The translations under genes were made by a program, and so were the position numbers. A DNA stretch of 64,000 bases, taken from contig NC_043000.1 in NCBI RefSeq assembly GCF_006345805.1, forward strand, positions 72,416,001 to 72,480,000. The letters run 5' to 3'. Below the pieces are notes generated by a model. That model made no database searches. It saw nothing but the letters and a program-made list of their open reading frames with translations, and had not been told where the DNA came from. The stretch comes from Octopus sinensis (lineage: Eukaryota). Of the stretch, positions 1-12,610 are shown piece after piece. The first letter of the stretch is position 1, and each line of letters opens with the position of its first letter.

Positions 1-80
1 TGCTGATATGTCAGGTAGTCTTCAGACATTAGCGTCTTCTAATATGCAGTGCGACTCGTATACGTACTTGTTTGCCCCTG

Positions 81-112
<32 letters not shown>

Positions 113-134
113 AATATATAAATTTATAAATAAG

Positions 135-166
135 GATAATATCGATATTTAAATATCGATATTATC
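135..166. repeat. 32-bp perfect palindrome
   Basis: GATAATATCGATATTT|AAATATCGATATTATC. Confidence 0.9.
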
Positions 167-217
167 AAGTGGCCAGCATGGGAAAAAAATACCATACAAA
201 GGTAATAATTTTTTAGA

Positions 218-498
218 ACTAAAAATAAGGGTGTCTAAGAGACCCCACCATGCCGAAATAGCAGTCAAATTCCTGACCCTAAAAGCAACCTTAAACGTTC
301 ATATCGCACCATGAGATAAGACAGAGGGACAAATTAGACTAGCAAAATAGACTATTCAGTAATATCTTTTTGCTAGTATATTTTCTCCCTCTGTTTTATC
401 TCATGGTGCGATATGAACATTTAAGGTGGCTTTTAGAGTCAGGGATTTGACTGCTATTTCGGCATGGTGATGTCTCTTAGACACCCTTATTTTTAGTT
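218..498. repeat. ~280 bp imperfect inverted repeat between (TA)n tracts (MITE or tail-to-tail PLE ends)
   Basis: aactaaaaataagggtgtctaagagac ... gtctcttagacacccttatttttagtt, with arms pairing over most of their length. Confidence 0.8.
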
Positions 499-724
499 AT
501 ATATATATATATTACGGAGATATACTTGCATAGCAAGTGACTTGATCTGAGATCGTGTGCTGGAACGAAAACAATTGCAGCGTGGAAGGTGTTTATAAGC
601 CATTTAAGAAACACACAAAACCGTTAGATTCACTTCAACATTTAAATTTAATTTGTCAAAATATTTTCGTCGCTTTGAGACCGCGACCTGTTCACTGACA
701 AAGCTTCGTGCTGCATCATTTGTT

Positions 725-756
<32 letters not shown>

Positions 757-767
757 TGTAAGTAGGT

Positions 768-2454
768 GAATGAATTATCCTATGTTTATCGTCAGCATGG
801 AAAATTCGTTTAACCGAAACCTGGGTAGCAAATTCCCGTCAGAAAACACGGTTGAAGCGACCTGTAGAGGGTAGAAACTCCGGGTTCATGGGTAGAAATT
901 TGTGTATTGTATATGAATAAATAAAAGAATGGAGTCGAACGAAGATTTTAACAAAATTCCTTTACTCTCGACACATGTTTCGAAGACAGCATATTTTCAT
1001 TCCGAAGGAATAAAGGGTGCATTATGCAATCTTCTCATCAGGAAAGCAAAAGAAGCCTCTCTCAACAACAAGACAAACAAAAATTTCGATGATTGCCTAC
1101 ATGGTAACCAAAGCGATAATGAGTTGTTTTTTTTTAAATCCGTTATAAGCATTGACGTCAAAAATGGATAGTAGAAGGAAGTAAAAATAGGTAGGGGACA
1201 GTATGTTTGCTGTATGTATGGAAATGTGTGGGTGTGTGCTTGTGTTAATGAGTGCGTGTGTTTGTGTGTGTGTGTATGTGTGTGTGTAAATAACTGCATT
1301 TGTGCCTGTGTGTGTGATTGTGTGTGTGGGAGAGAGACAGACGATAGGTAGTAGTAAGGGAAGATATAAAGGAGTAATAGGTAGGGAAGGGGAAGTGTAC
1401 GTTGATTGAAAGAATGTTCGGAGACAGGAAAGAATTTCTCTATAGTAGTGGTGTGGACGTGAAGCTAAATGTTAAAACCACAGTGACTATCGTTATCATT
1501 TATATGAGTAGAAAGTATGTTTCTGCCAATGTTTACATTTGTACGATTTTTCTATGAGTGTGTTTACTAGGGGAACCTTAGAGAAAAGAATATGGAAGAG
1601 CTCAGAGTTACAAATGTTACAAAACCTCCTGCCCTTATCAAAAGGAAAGGATACAGACAATATGAACCAATCCAGCTTGAAAGTTATATTGTTGTCTTTA
1701 AGACGCCAAACTAATTTACTTAGTCCTGTACTATGTCGTTTTTTCCTATCTCTGAATGTCGAATAGTGGTTAGAAATTCTCTTGGATAACTGAGAAGTGG
1801 ACGCTCCTATATAGAAGAAAACATCGGTACCGGAAGAAATTCTACACTGGTAAATGGAATTCTTAATTTTTGAATTACTAGACAAAAATTTAATTCTGTT
1901 AGGGTTGTCCTCCGAGATCGAGACGAAGTTTTTATTGTTATGATTGTTGTCCTTATTATTACTAGCGCTAACAACTACACTATTTCTATTATTATTAGTA
2001 TTATTAATTGTACTACAACCAGCAATATCACCGACAATAATACCGTTATTGTTGTTACCATCAACACTACCAATGTTATTAACACGACTAATACTATTAT
2101 TAATATTATCATTGTTAACACTATCGCTGCTACCAATGCTGGTACTATTAATACTATTTCTATTATTATGATTGTATGATGGGTTGGAATTGGTAAGATT
2201 AGTGTTGGAACTCCCGGGTGAAGAATCTTTGTTTAGCAGCTTGGTATTATGGGAAGATATAATTTGTGAAAGATTCCTAGTGTTAGAGAAAGCCATTCTT
2301 ACCTTATGTGAATTGATAATAGAATGATATCTAGAATTTGTGGGAAAGTTCCTAGCAACGAACCTTCCCTTACAGTTCCGTGAAGCAACGGCTTCACGGA
2401 ACTGTAAGGGAAGGTTCGTTGCTAGGAACTTTCCCACAAATTCTAGATATCATT
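768..2454 (-). mobile_element. 5'-truncated Penelope-like element: GIY-YIG endonuclease end, 3' UTR with hammerhead, fold-back 5' junction
   Basis: ORF 1496-2386 contains SIYQC...FYIG...KRISNH...LSKLVWRLK...CNIC...KCKH (PLE-type GIY-YIG). Flanked by (TA)n. Confidence 0.8.
957..1054 (-). ncRNA. Type I hammerhead ribozyme in the 3' region of a Penelope-like element
   Basis: Minus strand: stem I TTCTTTTGCTTTC / GAGAGTAAAGGAA (13 bp, 3 G-U pairs); core CTGATGA (1041-1035); stem II GAAGA..GCATA / TATGC..TCTTC; GAAA (981-978); stem III C-ATGT-G; GUC cleavage triplet (972-970). Confidence 0.85.
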
Positions 2455-2583
2455 TTTCTCAATATATATACATATATATATATATACATACATATATATA
2501 TACATACATATATATATATACACATACATATATATATATACATATATATATACACATACATATATATATATGTGTGTGTGTGC

Positions 2584-2630
<47 letters not shown>

Positions 2631-2635
2631 ATATA

Positions 2636-2919
2636 TAAATAAATATAAAGATATGTATGTATATATATGTATATATATTGAGAAAAATGTCGTCAGAATT
2701 TTGGAAAAAATCCTTTTATTTCTTCTTTATTATTAGCGTTTTGGTTCCTCTCTAGAACTTGTCAAATACAATTTTGTGATTGTACAAACAGCTTGTTCAT
2801 TTATATAAAACATGTTTTTTCGGGGGTTTTGTATAGAAGAGAACATTGTTTTTGTTTTTATGGGTGATGTTCCAAGACAATGGAGATGGATAGATAGAAA
2901 TATACTAGGTAGATAGGTT

Positions 2920-3001
<82 letters not shown>

Positions 3002-3416
3002 CAGATGGGTAGAGGGTAAGAGAGAGAGAAGGGCTATCCACCTTCCTAATCATCATTCATTCATTTATTTAATTATTTATTCATTTTACTATTGTATCGG
3101 AATGCGTTTAAGGATGGTGACCGCTTCAAAAAAATAAATATAAAAAGTAAATATAAAAAACAGGTGAGGCTTGGTCATCACTGAAAGTCTTTTTGCTTTC
3201 TTACTATCGCTCTTCTTGTTTTCTTTTCTTCTTTCCTTTTCCCTCCTTTCTTTCTTTTTCTCCTCTTTGAAGAATATTTAGAATATATCCTTCCAAACAT
3301 TCATTTTTGGAGGGAATTTTTGATAAAGTGTGAAAATACTGCATGAAATACATTAGTATAATATTTACAAATCAACAATTTTAAAAATCAATCAGTAAAT
3401 AAAATAAAACGAATAT

Positions 3417-3458
<42 letters not shown>

Positions 3459-3753
3459 TAAAGATATGTATGTATATATATATGTATATATATTGAGAAA
3501 AATGTCGTCAGAATTTTGGAAAAAATCCTTTTATTTCTTCTTTATTATTAGCGTTTTGGTTCCTCTCTAGAACTTGTCAAATACAATTTTGTGATTGTAC
3601 AAACAGCTTGTTCATTTATATAAAACATGTTTTTTCGGGGGTTTTGTATAGAAGAGAACATTGTTTTTGTTTTTATGGGTGATGTTCCAAGACAATGGAG
3701 ATGGATAGATAGAAATATACTAGGTAGATAGGTTGATAGATAGATAGATAGAT

Positions 3754-3823
<70 letters not shown>

Positions 3824-4232
3824 CAGATGGGTAGAGGGTAAGAGAGAGAGAAGGGCTATCCACCTTCCTAATCATCATTCATTCATTTATTTAATTATTT
3901 ATTCATTTTACTATTGTATCGGAATGCGTTTAAGGATGGTGACCGCTTCAAAAAAATAAATATAAAAAGTAAATATAAAAAACAGGTGAGGCTTGGTCAT
4001 CACTGAAAGTCTTTTTGCTTTCTTACTATCGCTCTTCTTGTTTTCTTTTCTTCTTTCCTTTTCCCTCCTTTCTTTCTTTTTCTCCTCTTTGAAGAATATT
4101 TAGAATATATCCTTCCAAACATTCATTTTTGGAGGGAATTTTTGATAAAGTGTGAAAATACTGCATGAAATACATTAGTATAATATTTACAAATCAACAA
4201 TTTTAAAAATCAATCAGTAAATAAAATAAAAC

Positions 4233-4260
<28 letters not shown>
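2636..4260. repeat. ~815 bp tandem duplication containing (GATA)n
   Basis: 2636-3420 and 3449-4250 match apart from microsatellite lengths. Confidence 0.9.
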
Positions 4261-4269
<9 letters not shown>

Positions 4270-4739
4270 AACACACTCACACATCCATACATATATATAC
4301 GTAAAGCTAGAACATCCCAATGCTACACATAGATATGTCTGAACATTTGTAGAGATGAGCCACATTTCGAATAAAGAATTAAAATTCTCCACTTCACCTT
4401 CAAACATTCAATTTTATAGAGGATTCCTTGATGAATTGTGTGTGTGTGTGCATGTTTCTGTGTGTGTGTTTGTGTGCGTGTGTGTGTGGTTGGGAATATG
4501 TCATGTTTATACTGCGAAACTTCGATCACGCCTCTTTCAATTCCATGATTTTGTATTAGAGAACATTAGTATAACACTTACAAAACGTACTGTCTCTGCT
4601 TTTCTTTCAAGCACTCAACCTTGGAGAGAATGTTTTGATGAAATGTAGCTCCATTGCTTTTCAGCATTGCGGATCGTCCCGTGCATATTTGTAAAATGAA
4701 AAAATTTGGAATTTTCCGTCGCCGCATATGCTTACTTAA

Positions 4740-4975
4740 TGGAATCTTGCGTAATTCTTCTTGTCGCACACCCACCCCTAATCTCATTGAACTGAAATCT
4801 GATATTGAACACTTCAACCGTCACCTCCGACTTACTGAATTCTTCAACAATAAAGATTTAAATGATGAATCAATAGTCAGAAATAAATCCCACTTCACCC
4901 CCTACAAGGGAAAGGACAAATATTAAGACGCGTATATAGATACGATTTCAAAATTTCAATCTGTGGTATGCATCT
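4740..4975 (+). mobile_element. Penelope-like RT ORF, N-terminal fragment
   Basis: PTPNLIELKSDIEHFNRHLRLTEFF...SIVRNKSHFTP resembles the conserved pre-RT region of PLEs; interrupted by a stop. Confidence 0.55.
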
Positions 4976-4997
4976 GTGAGCATTTAGGGGAAATATA

Positions 4998-5544
4998 GAG
5001 GGTACTATTATTCATAGGTACCGCACGCTAGGAGGGACTTTTTCAGTCAAAACTACTAAAAAGGGGGTAAAGACCCCCTTCGGTCATGAATGACCATGGG
5101 ATTGCACCTAGAAAGTTACCCTCCTAGACACAAGTCTGGGCAAGGTTGTTTATGGAAGACCAGCAGTCGCCCATGCATACCAGCCTCCCCTCTCCACGCC
5201 ACTAGTGTTATCCAAGGGAAAGACAAAGGTCGATACAGCTTGGCACCAGTGACGTCGCAACTCATTTCTACAGCTGAGTGAACTGGAGCAACGTGAAATA
5301 AAGTGCTTTGCTCAAGAACACAAAACGCAGCCCGGTCCGGGATTCGAGCTCACAACCTCACGATCGTAAGCTCGACGCTCTAACCACTGAGCCATGCGCC
5401 TTCACAACAACAACAACACTTAAAAACATCTGTTTTTAAATGACTCGCTTTGAAGTTTTGCATTCGGTACAATTTGCTTATTTTAGTAGTTTTGACTGAA
5501 AAAGTCCATCCTAGCGTGCGATACCTATGAATAATAGTACCCTC
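4998..5544. mobile_element. MITE with ~62 bp TIRs and TA flanks, with a nested tRNA-SINE
   Basis: TA|GAGGGTACTATTATTCATAGGTA... and ...TACCTATGAATAATAGTACCCTC|TA; 2 mismatches between arms. Confidence 0.75.
5063..5404 (-). mobile_element. tRNA-derived SINE (tRNA-Arg-like head)
   Basis: Minus strand gtgaaggcgcaTGGCTCAGTGGttagagc...ttACGat...GCTCGAATCC (A and B boxes), then tgtgttcttgagcaaag core. Relatives at 23402-23650 (-), ~20835-20960 (+) and ~41440-41600 (-). Confidence 0.8.
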
Positions 5545-5550
5545 TATATA

Positions 5551-5638
<88 letters not shown>

Positions 5639-5904
5639 ATATATATATACTGATGTTCACATCGTTGAATTTTTGAATTTTTAAAACTTTTCTTCTCTTT
5701 TTATAACTTTTGCTGTGGTTTACAGTTTTTGTAATTGTGCAGTTTGTATATATTGGGAGGTGCTTACCTCCTTAATTTTTTTTATCGTACATATAATTGT
5801 TTCGTTGCAGTAAAAGGTATGCTTACATATTCGGGTAGTCAGGGAGAAAAGAAAGGTAAAATTTTCACAAAATATATAGTAGATTTTTTTAAATCTCCTT
5901 ATTC

Positions 5905-5982
<78 letters not shown>

Positions 5983-6053
5983 TATTATTATTGTTGTTGT
6001 TGTTGTTGTTATTATTATTGTTGTTGTTGTTGTTGTTGTTTTCATTATTATTA

Positions 6054-6551
6054 TTGAGTGGGAGGGCTGTACATGCCATCAATGTCACACTGGGGTAACG
6101 TATGCGAAGCCCAGTATACCCATCATGATTACCCGTCTGATATGGGTAAACCAGGCACATGCATCACAACCATATGTGCGCGACATGGTGATCTCATATC
6201 AATATTAACAGCGCATGACCTTACTGTTAGAATTTTCTTCAGGTCGAGTAGCCCATCCCGTTCAAAAGGTCCCCGAATAAGGTTTGTTTAAGTATGTTGA
6301 ACGAAACACCCATATTTCCAGAGGTGAATTATCCAAACCCAAAGAATTCCTCTCAACACATGGCAATGTTCCTCCCCTATTGATTCTGGTCGTGATCAGA
6401 GATGCACATATCGTCAGCCTCTAAGGGACATGTTCAACTGGTTAAGGTCTAACAACTGACAAGCAAATCTGTGGTATTGAACAGAATATTTACTGAGACC
6501 CATCTTTTATACAAAGACAACACAATGTACATAATACTTCCAATCAGTTAA
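6054..6551 (-). mobile_element. TAA-flanked non-coding interspersed repeat ('element X'), copy 1
   Basis: Homologous to 24283-24818; 3' end cactcaa followed by (TAA)n on the minus strand; (ATT)n on both sides. Confidence 0.85.
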
Positions 6552-6552
6552 G

Positions 6553-6592
<40 letters not shown>

Positions 6593-6593
<1 letters not shown>

Positions 6594-9500
6594 CAATGAG
6601 GAGGCATGTTTTTTGCCTGAAGTCTTTCAGTATGACGTCTGACCTATTCGCATATATCTTTCTGTCAGTTTGAATGATGAAGTTCCAAAAGAGTGAGATC
6701 TGATCATTTTCAAGCACTGGAGGTAGTTTGTGCTCCCACCAGTTTTTATCATGGGACAAATCCAGGTTTTTGAAAATTACGCTGTGAATATATTGTGCTG
6801 CTCTATCATGCCTGTTGAGATATTCTGTAGGCGCAAGAAGACTGCACATGGAGACAACATGATCAATGGTTTCATTTTATTGTCGGCATACACGACATGT
6901 TGGGCTACTGCCGTTCTTTTAATATGTTGGCCTGGTAGTTCCTTGTGGGTAGGCATTGATCTTGAGTTGCTATGATAAACCCTTCTGTTTCAGATTTTAA
7001 GCCAGAGGCCATTAGCCATTGATGAGTCAGTGCTTTGTCAACATCTGCATTATTCGCTCTCTTTGGGTATTTGCCATAGAGAGGTTTTTCTTGCCATTTA
7101 TCATTCAGAATATCTAAGGCAGCAGTTTTAGCACGGGTTTTCATGCACTTAGCTTTTTCTCTGCTTGTTTCTTGTATGTCTAATTCCGAAATTTGTTGTA
7201 TTCGGAATTCACTTAGATATTCCTTTGCCTGTTTTGTTACTGAGCATGTTGCTTTCTTGTTTTCATGTTTTGAGACAAGTTTTAACATCCATTCCTCCGA
7301 GTTTTTCAGGTAGGTGTCTAGGCCAATTGTAGCAATCTTCATTGTTATTGCCAGTTGTAAAAGTCCACGACCTCCTTATTTTCTTGGCAGATACAGTCGT
7401 TCTATATCTGCCTTAGGGTGATGCATTCTATGCATTGTCAACAGTTTTCGTATTTTTCTGTCAAGATTACATATTTCATTGATTGAGCAGTTAACGATAT
7501 TGAAACTGTAAGTCACGACTGGTATAGCATTGATCGCTTCGATCCTGTTTCTCGCATTCGGCTCTGTCTTTAGTATTGCTCTTACTCTGCGATAACATTC
7601 TCTCCTGATCCTGAATGCCTTATTCCGTCCCCTTCAATTACCCCTAGGTATATGTAGCTCTCCGCTGGGTCTAACTCTATTATGACATTCTGCTGGTCAA
7701 GGTAAACGTTAGATGTTTCTGTCATTTTTTCCTTTGATAAAGGTAGCTTTTGCACATCGAGGTCAAATTGCATTCTGATGTCATCACTGAATTGTTGAAC
7801 AATCGCTAGTAAGCCCTTGAGTTGTTGGTCATTTTTTGCAAAGAGCTTTAAATCATCCATGTAAATGAGATGATTTATATTTTTATCAAACATTTTATAT
7901 CCGTACTCTGCGTCATTCAGCAATTTTGAGAGAGGTATTAAGGCTAAACAAAAGAGGAGTGGTGATAGTGAGTCACCCTGGAAAAACCCACATGAAATTT
8001 TTACATCACCAGCATTTAGAGATTCATCGTCACTGTTCAAAGTTAGTGTTGTTCTCCATGATCCTATACTTATAGACAAAAAGTTTCGCAGAGTAGGTGC
8101 TATTTTATACATATCCAGGCATTTCTTAATCCAGCTATCAAAAGTCTTTTTATAGTCTATCCAGGCTATTGACAAGTTTTTGTGTCGTTTGTGACAATCT
8201 TCTAAGATCATCTTATTGATGAGTAGCTGATCTTTACAACCATAGGATCCACGTTTATATTCTTTCTGTTCATTAGGGAATATGCTGCTGTCTATTAAAA
8301 AACTATAGGTATATTCCGGTCAGGAGAGATGTTAACGTTTTATACATAGTTGTTAAGCAGGTTATGGGTCTATAGTTTTTTCGTTCATTTGTTTCTTCAC
8401 TTTTTGGAAGCAGGAATGTTAAGCTATTAACTAGCCAAGGAGGCATCCTACTAGGGTGTTGCAAAACATCATTGTAAAGTTTTGTTAGCAGTTCATGGCT
8501 CTCTGGGAAGGCATTCAACCAGAAGTTGGGAACTTTATCCTTTCCTGGAGACTTCCATTTGCTTGACCTCCTGAGAGCAGATCTTATATCTTCTACCTTG
8601 ACACCCTCCCACTTTTGCTCCTCTAAGGAGTTCAAGTCTGTAGATATTCTATCAATCCAATTAGCGTTTTCGTTGTGTGTTTTTTCTTCTGCCCTAATTT
8701 TTATTCCAAAATCCCTGCACTTCTTCTTTTGATGGTACAGACTTTACACTTAGATATTCTTAGTAACTGGTGTTTTCCCTATCTTCCTGTAAAACTTTTT
8801 GGGGTTATTTTTGAAGAATCTAACACGCTTTTCACACCTCGCTATGCGGGCAGCTTTAGCAGATACCTTTTGCTTGATGGTTTCTATGGTGGCATCAATA
8901 TCAAGTATAGTTTTCATATTATATTTTTTCTTTAATTTTGGGGGTTTTGTAGGTTTGGTAGTCTTGTCAACCTTAAGGTTTTTCAAACATTCAATGTCAG
9001 ACCTAAGTAGTTTAATTTGTTGTTGGATACGTTCTTGCCAAGAAGGCTTTTTGTGGGAATGTTGCCGCTTTCTAATCTTTTCACCGCATAGAATCGTTGA
9101 GATTTTCGCGGATTCATAGTACAGGTGGTTGAGATCTGTGATATCAATATCATTAGCTGAAATTATACCCTTAAGTGCAAGGTGGATTTTACCAATTATT
9201 TTCATGTTTTGGTTAGAGTTGCGGATTTTCGGGAGTGTATCGCGTTCATCCATACTGGTTTCTTTAATTTTCAGTCATTCATTCATGATTTGATTTTTTT
9301 AGCTCATGTAGTTCTGTTGGGTCAATATTTGTGTGACTTTCTTCATCTATTTGATGTCTTAGTGTTTATGATTGGTTCAGGGAGTATTTAACTTTGCCTA
9401 TCAATTATACCAACTCTTTCAATCCTTACTGCATTTTTATCAGCCCTGGGCTGGTCTATAATTGTTTCCTCTGTATTATCTTCTTTAGCTTGCTGCTTCG
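6593..9500 (-). mobile_element. Degraded R4/Dong-like RLE non-LTR retrotransposon
   Basis: Fragments with [42 protein letters not shown] and NRSDVILKD...CLLID; many frameshifts. Confidence 0.88.
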
Positions 9501-9829
9501 TTCTTTCTATCCGTTACTGCTTGTTTAATTTGGTCAATCTCTACTTCAGTCAGTAATTTTTTTTATAATGTTTCTTCTGTCGTTGGCAAGTGTGTTACTG
9601 TCTATATAGGGTCTTACTTCAGGGTGTTTCTGTCTCCAGTTTAAGTAGGTCTTGCTTTGTCTATTTCTTTTGCGTTCAGTTTAACCCAGTATTTGCCATG
9701 AAGGTGCTTTTCTTGCCATCGTTTTATCATGACCCGTTGCTGTTCCAGTTTTATTTTGGATTTCAGTTGTTTTACGGCTTTTGTTGTTTCTTCTTTTTCC
9801 TCATAGTTGTTAAGTAGTATGACTTCTAT

Positions 9830-10693
9830 TTTGTATTTGCCAGCTTCCTTAAAGACTGAGAACAGTTTTTTGTTTTGTTCGTGTTTTGTGGTTATTTGTA
9901 TTAGTTTTCCTTGCTTCTGAAGTAAGTATTTCTTTAGTCATATGGCAGTTATTTTGAAATTGTTTTCTGTATAAGGCCTCTACCACCTTCTATACGTTGT
10001 ATATATAACTTTCTATGTCAGATTTTGGGTGGTGCATCCTAAATCCTGCCATTATTTTTCTTGTTTTCCTGTCTATTTTGATTAGTTCACTGAGAGTCCT
10101 GTTATGGATATTGTAGCTGTAACTTATAACTGAGACGGCTAAAATGTTGATACCTATTAATTTGTTTTTCATGTTGAGCTCTGTTTTCAGTATTAATCTA
10201 ACTCGTCTATAGGATTCTTTTTTTTATTTTCTCTTATATTTGTGTGTGTTGTATCGTATCTGATTCATTGATTCCTAAGTATTTGTATGTCTGGCTTTGT
10301 ATGTTTGGTCTAAACCTCTTATTTCATTTGCTTATTTTAGTGTGATGTTGCTACTCTTAACTAGTTTTCCTCTTTTCAAGGTTGCTTTGGCATATTTTTC
10401 TAAGCCAAATTTCATGTTTATTTCTTTGGTAAATCTATGCACTGTCTGTAGTAATGTTACCAGCTGTTTATCATTCGTAGCGTACAGTTTTAGGTCATCT
10501 ACATATAAGAGGTGGCTGATTGTTTTGCAGTAACAGTTGTATCCACATCCATTTCTGTTTAGCATGTCATATAAAGGTGTCAGTGACAAGCAGAAAAGGA
10601 GTGGAGAGAGCGTTTCTCCCTGGAATATTTCTTTTCTAATGGGGATGGCTTTGGTTTTTATGGGTCCCTCTTTTGTCTGTCATTTATTCATGG
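9830..10693 (-). mobile_element. Older fragment of the same LINE family as 24911-28868 (RT region)
   Basis: HLLYVDDLKLY, MKFGLEK, RMHHPKSDIE; abuts (ATT)n. Confidence 0.85.
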
Positions 10694-10752
<59 letters not shown>

Positions 10753-10763
10753 CATCATCATCA

Positions 10764-10841
<78 letters not shown>

Positions 10842-10843
<2 letters not shown>

Positions 10844-11257
10844 GAGTGAGAGAGCAATGGATGCCATCAAAGTGACACTGGGGAAAAATATACGAAGTCC
10901 AGTATACCCATCATGACTACCCGTCTGATAAGGGTACACTAATCACATGCATCACAACCATATGTGCGCGACATGGTGATCCTCATATGAAGATAAACAG
11001 TACATGACCTTGCAAGTGGGACCAAGTTAGAATTTTCTTCTGGTTGAGTAACCCATCTCGCTCAAAAGGTCCATGAATAAGGATTGTTTAAGGATGTTGC
11101 ACGAAACACCCATATTTCCAGAGGTGAATTATTCAAACCCCAAAGAATTCCTCTCAACACATGGCAATGGTGCTCCCCTACTACTTCTGCTTGTGATCAG
11201 AGATGCACATCTCGTCAACCCCTAAGGGACATGCTCAACTGTTTATGGTCAAGCAGC
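10842..11257 (-). mobile_element. Element X copy 2 (5'-truncated)
   Basis: Same sequence family as 6054-6551; (ATT)n on both sides. Confidence 0.85.
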
Positions 11258-11324
11258 CCTATTGTTGTTATTATTATATTTATAATTATTATCGTTAATA
11301 TTATTTTTATATTTATTATTATTA

Positions 11325-11358
<34 letters not shown>

Positions 11359-11381
11359 CATCATCATCATCATCATCATCA

Positions 11382-11425
<44 letters not shown>

Positions 11426-11427
<2 letters not shown>

Positions 11428-11805
11428 AACGTCGATCTGGCAGAATCGTTAGCACGTCGGGCAAAATGCTTTGCGATATTTCATCTGCCCTTACGTTCTG
11501 ATATCAAATTCCGCCGAAGTCGACTTTGCCTTTCATCCTTTCGGGGTCGATTAAATAAGTACCAGTAACGCACTGGGGTCGATGTTATCGGCTTAATCCG
11601 TTTGTCTGTCCTTGTTTGTCTGACCTGTGTTTAGCCCCTTGTGGGTAGTAAAGAAATAGGTATTTCATCTGCCGCTACGTTTTGAGTTTCAATTCCACCG
11701 AGGTCGACATTACCTTTCGTCCTTTCGGAGTCGATTAAATAAGTACCAGTTATGCACTGAGGTCGATGTAATTTCGGTTTTTGTGCCTACAGTAGAAAGG
11801 ATTAT
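11426..11805 (+). mobile_element. tRNA-derived SINE, second family (internally duplicated copy)
   Basis: ctggcagaatcgttagcacg...gttctga..tcaaattccgccga.gtcgactttgcctttcatcctttcggggtcg. Further copies at ~20582-20790, 21543-21715, 32990-33200, 39205-39330, 41120-41320 and 51506-51722, plus a reverse fragment at 29680-29746. Confidence 0.85.
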
Positions 11806-11809
11806 TATA

Positions 11810-12610
11810 CACCCAGGAAAGTAAAAAAGTTTCCACACCTTCGCCAAAATTTCTTTAGGCTGGCCATAATGCCTTTAGCGTTGCGTGCTACGATGTGGTA
11901 TTCTTGTGGTTATGTAACCTCGATTACTTAGTTTTCTGTCTTGTGAACGTGGTCACTCCGCTGGCAGCGTGCACCAAGGTAGAACAGATACCAGTGATTA
12001 GATTCCTCTTGTTTGAAGGTGTAACAGAGGCTGAAATTCATCGCAAGCTTTCAATACAATATTGGGATAGCGCTAGTGTGTATGAGTGGATCGAGAAGTT
12101 TAAAAACTACCAAAAAAATCGTGAATCACCAAGACATAGTACGACGCCCGTCATCCTCCATCACTGAAGATTCAACAAGCTCGAGAGATGGTTCTGGCGA
12201 AGTAAAGAGTGATCGTTAATGAAATGGTATGTTCTCTGTAAACTAATCATGGTTCTACATAGGTTCTGCTTCAGTAATGTCTGTGCGAGATGGTGCTAAG
12301 AGAACTTATCGAAGCGCGCAAGCACAATCGTGTGGAGACCTGTCAACGCTTGCTCTACCGCTACAACGATGAAAGCGATGCTTTGGCAATAGTCACGGGA
12401 GATGAGACTTGGGTCCATCACTTTGAGACAGAATCCAAAACTCAGAGTATGGATCGGAAACACCCGGAATCGCCAGCAAAAAGGAAATTCACGATAGAAC
12501 TTTCCGCAGAAAAAATGAAGCTAACCGAATTTGGGGACGCATTAGTGAAATGCTGGTCAACAAACAGAAATCATAAAGTACCTCAAACGCCGAAGTCTAT
12601 TGTCTGAGTC
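11810..12610 (+). mobile_element. Mariner/Tc1 transposase remnant
   Basis: HTH region VIRFLLFEGVTEAEIHRKL...VYEWIEKFK and catalytic IVTGDETWVHHF; frameshifted. Confidence 0.85.

Noticed and set aside
2387-2437. Apparent start [10 protein letters not shown]... of the 313-aa ORF, and its mirror ORF at 2340 (+)
   Set aside because: Produced by the inverted hairpin arm; not part of the element's real reading frame.
5320-5404. tRNA gene
   Set aside because: The tRNA-like head continues directly into a SINE body found in several copies; no proper acceptor stem or terminator.
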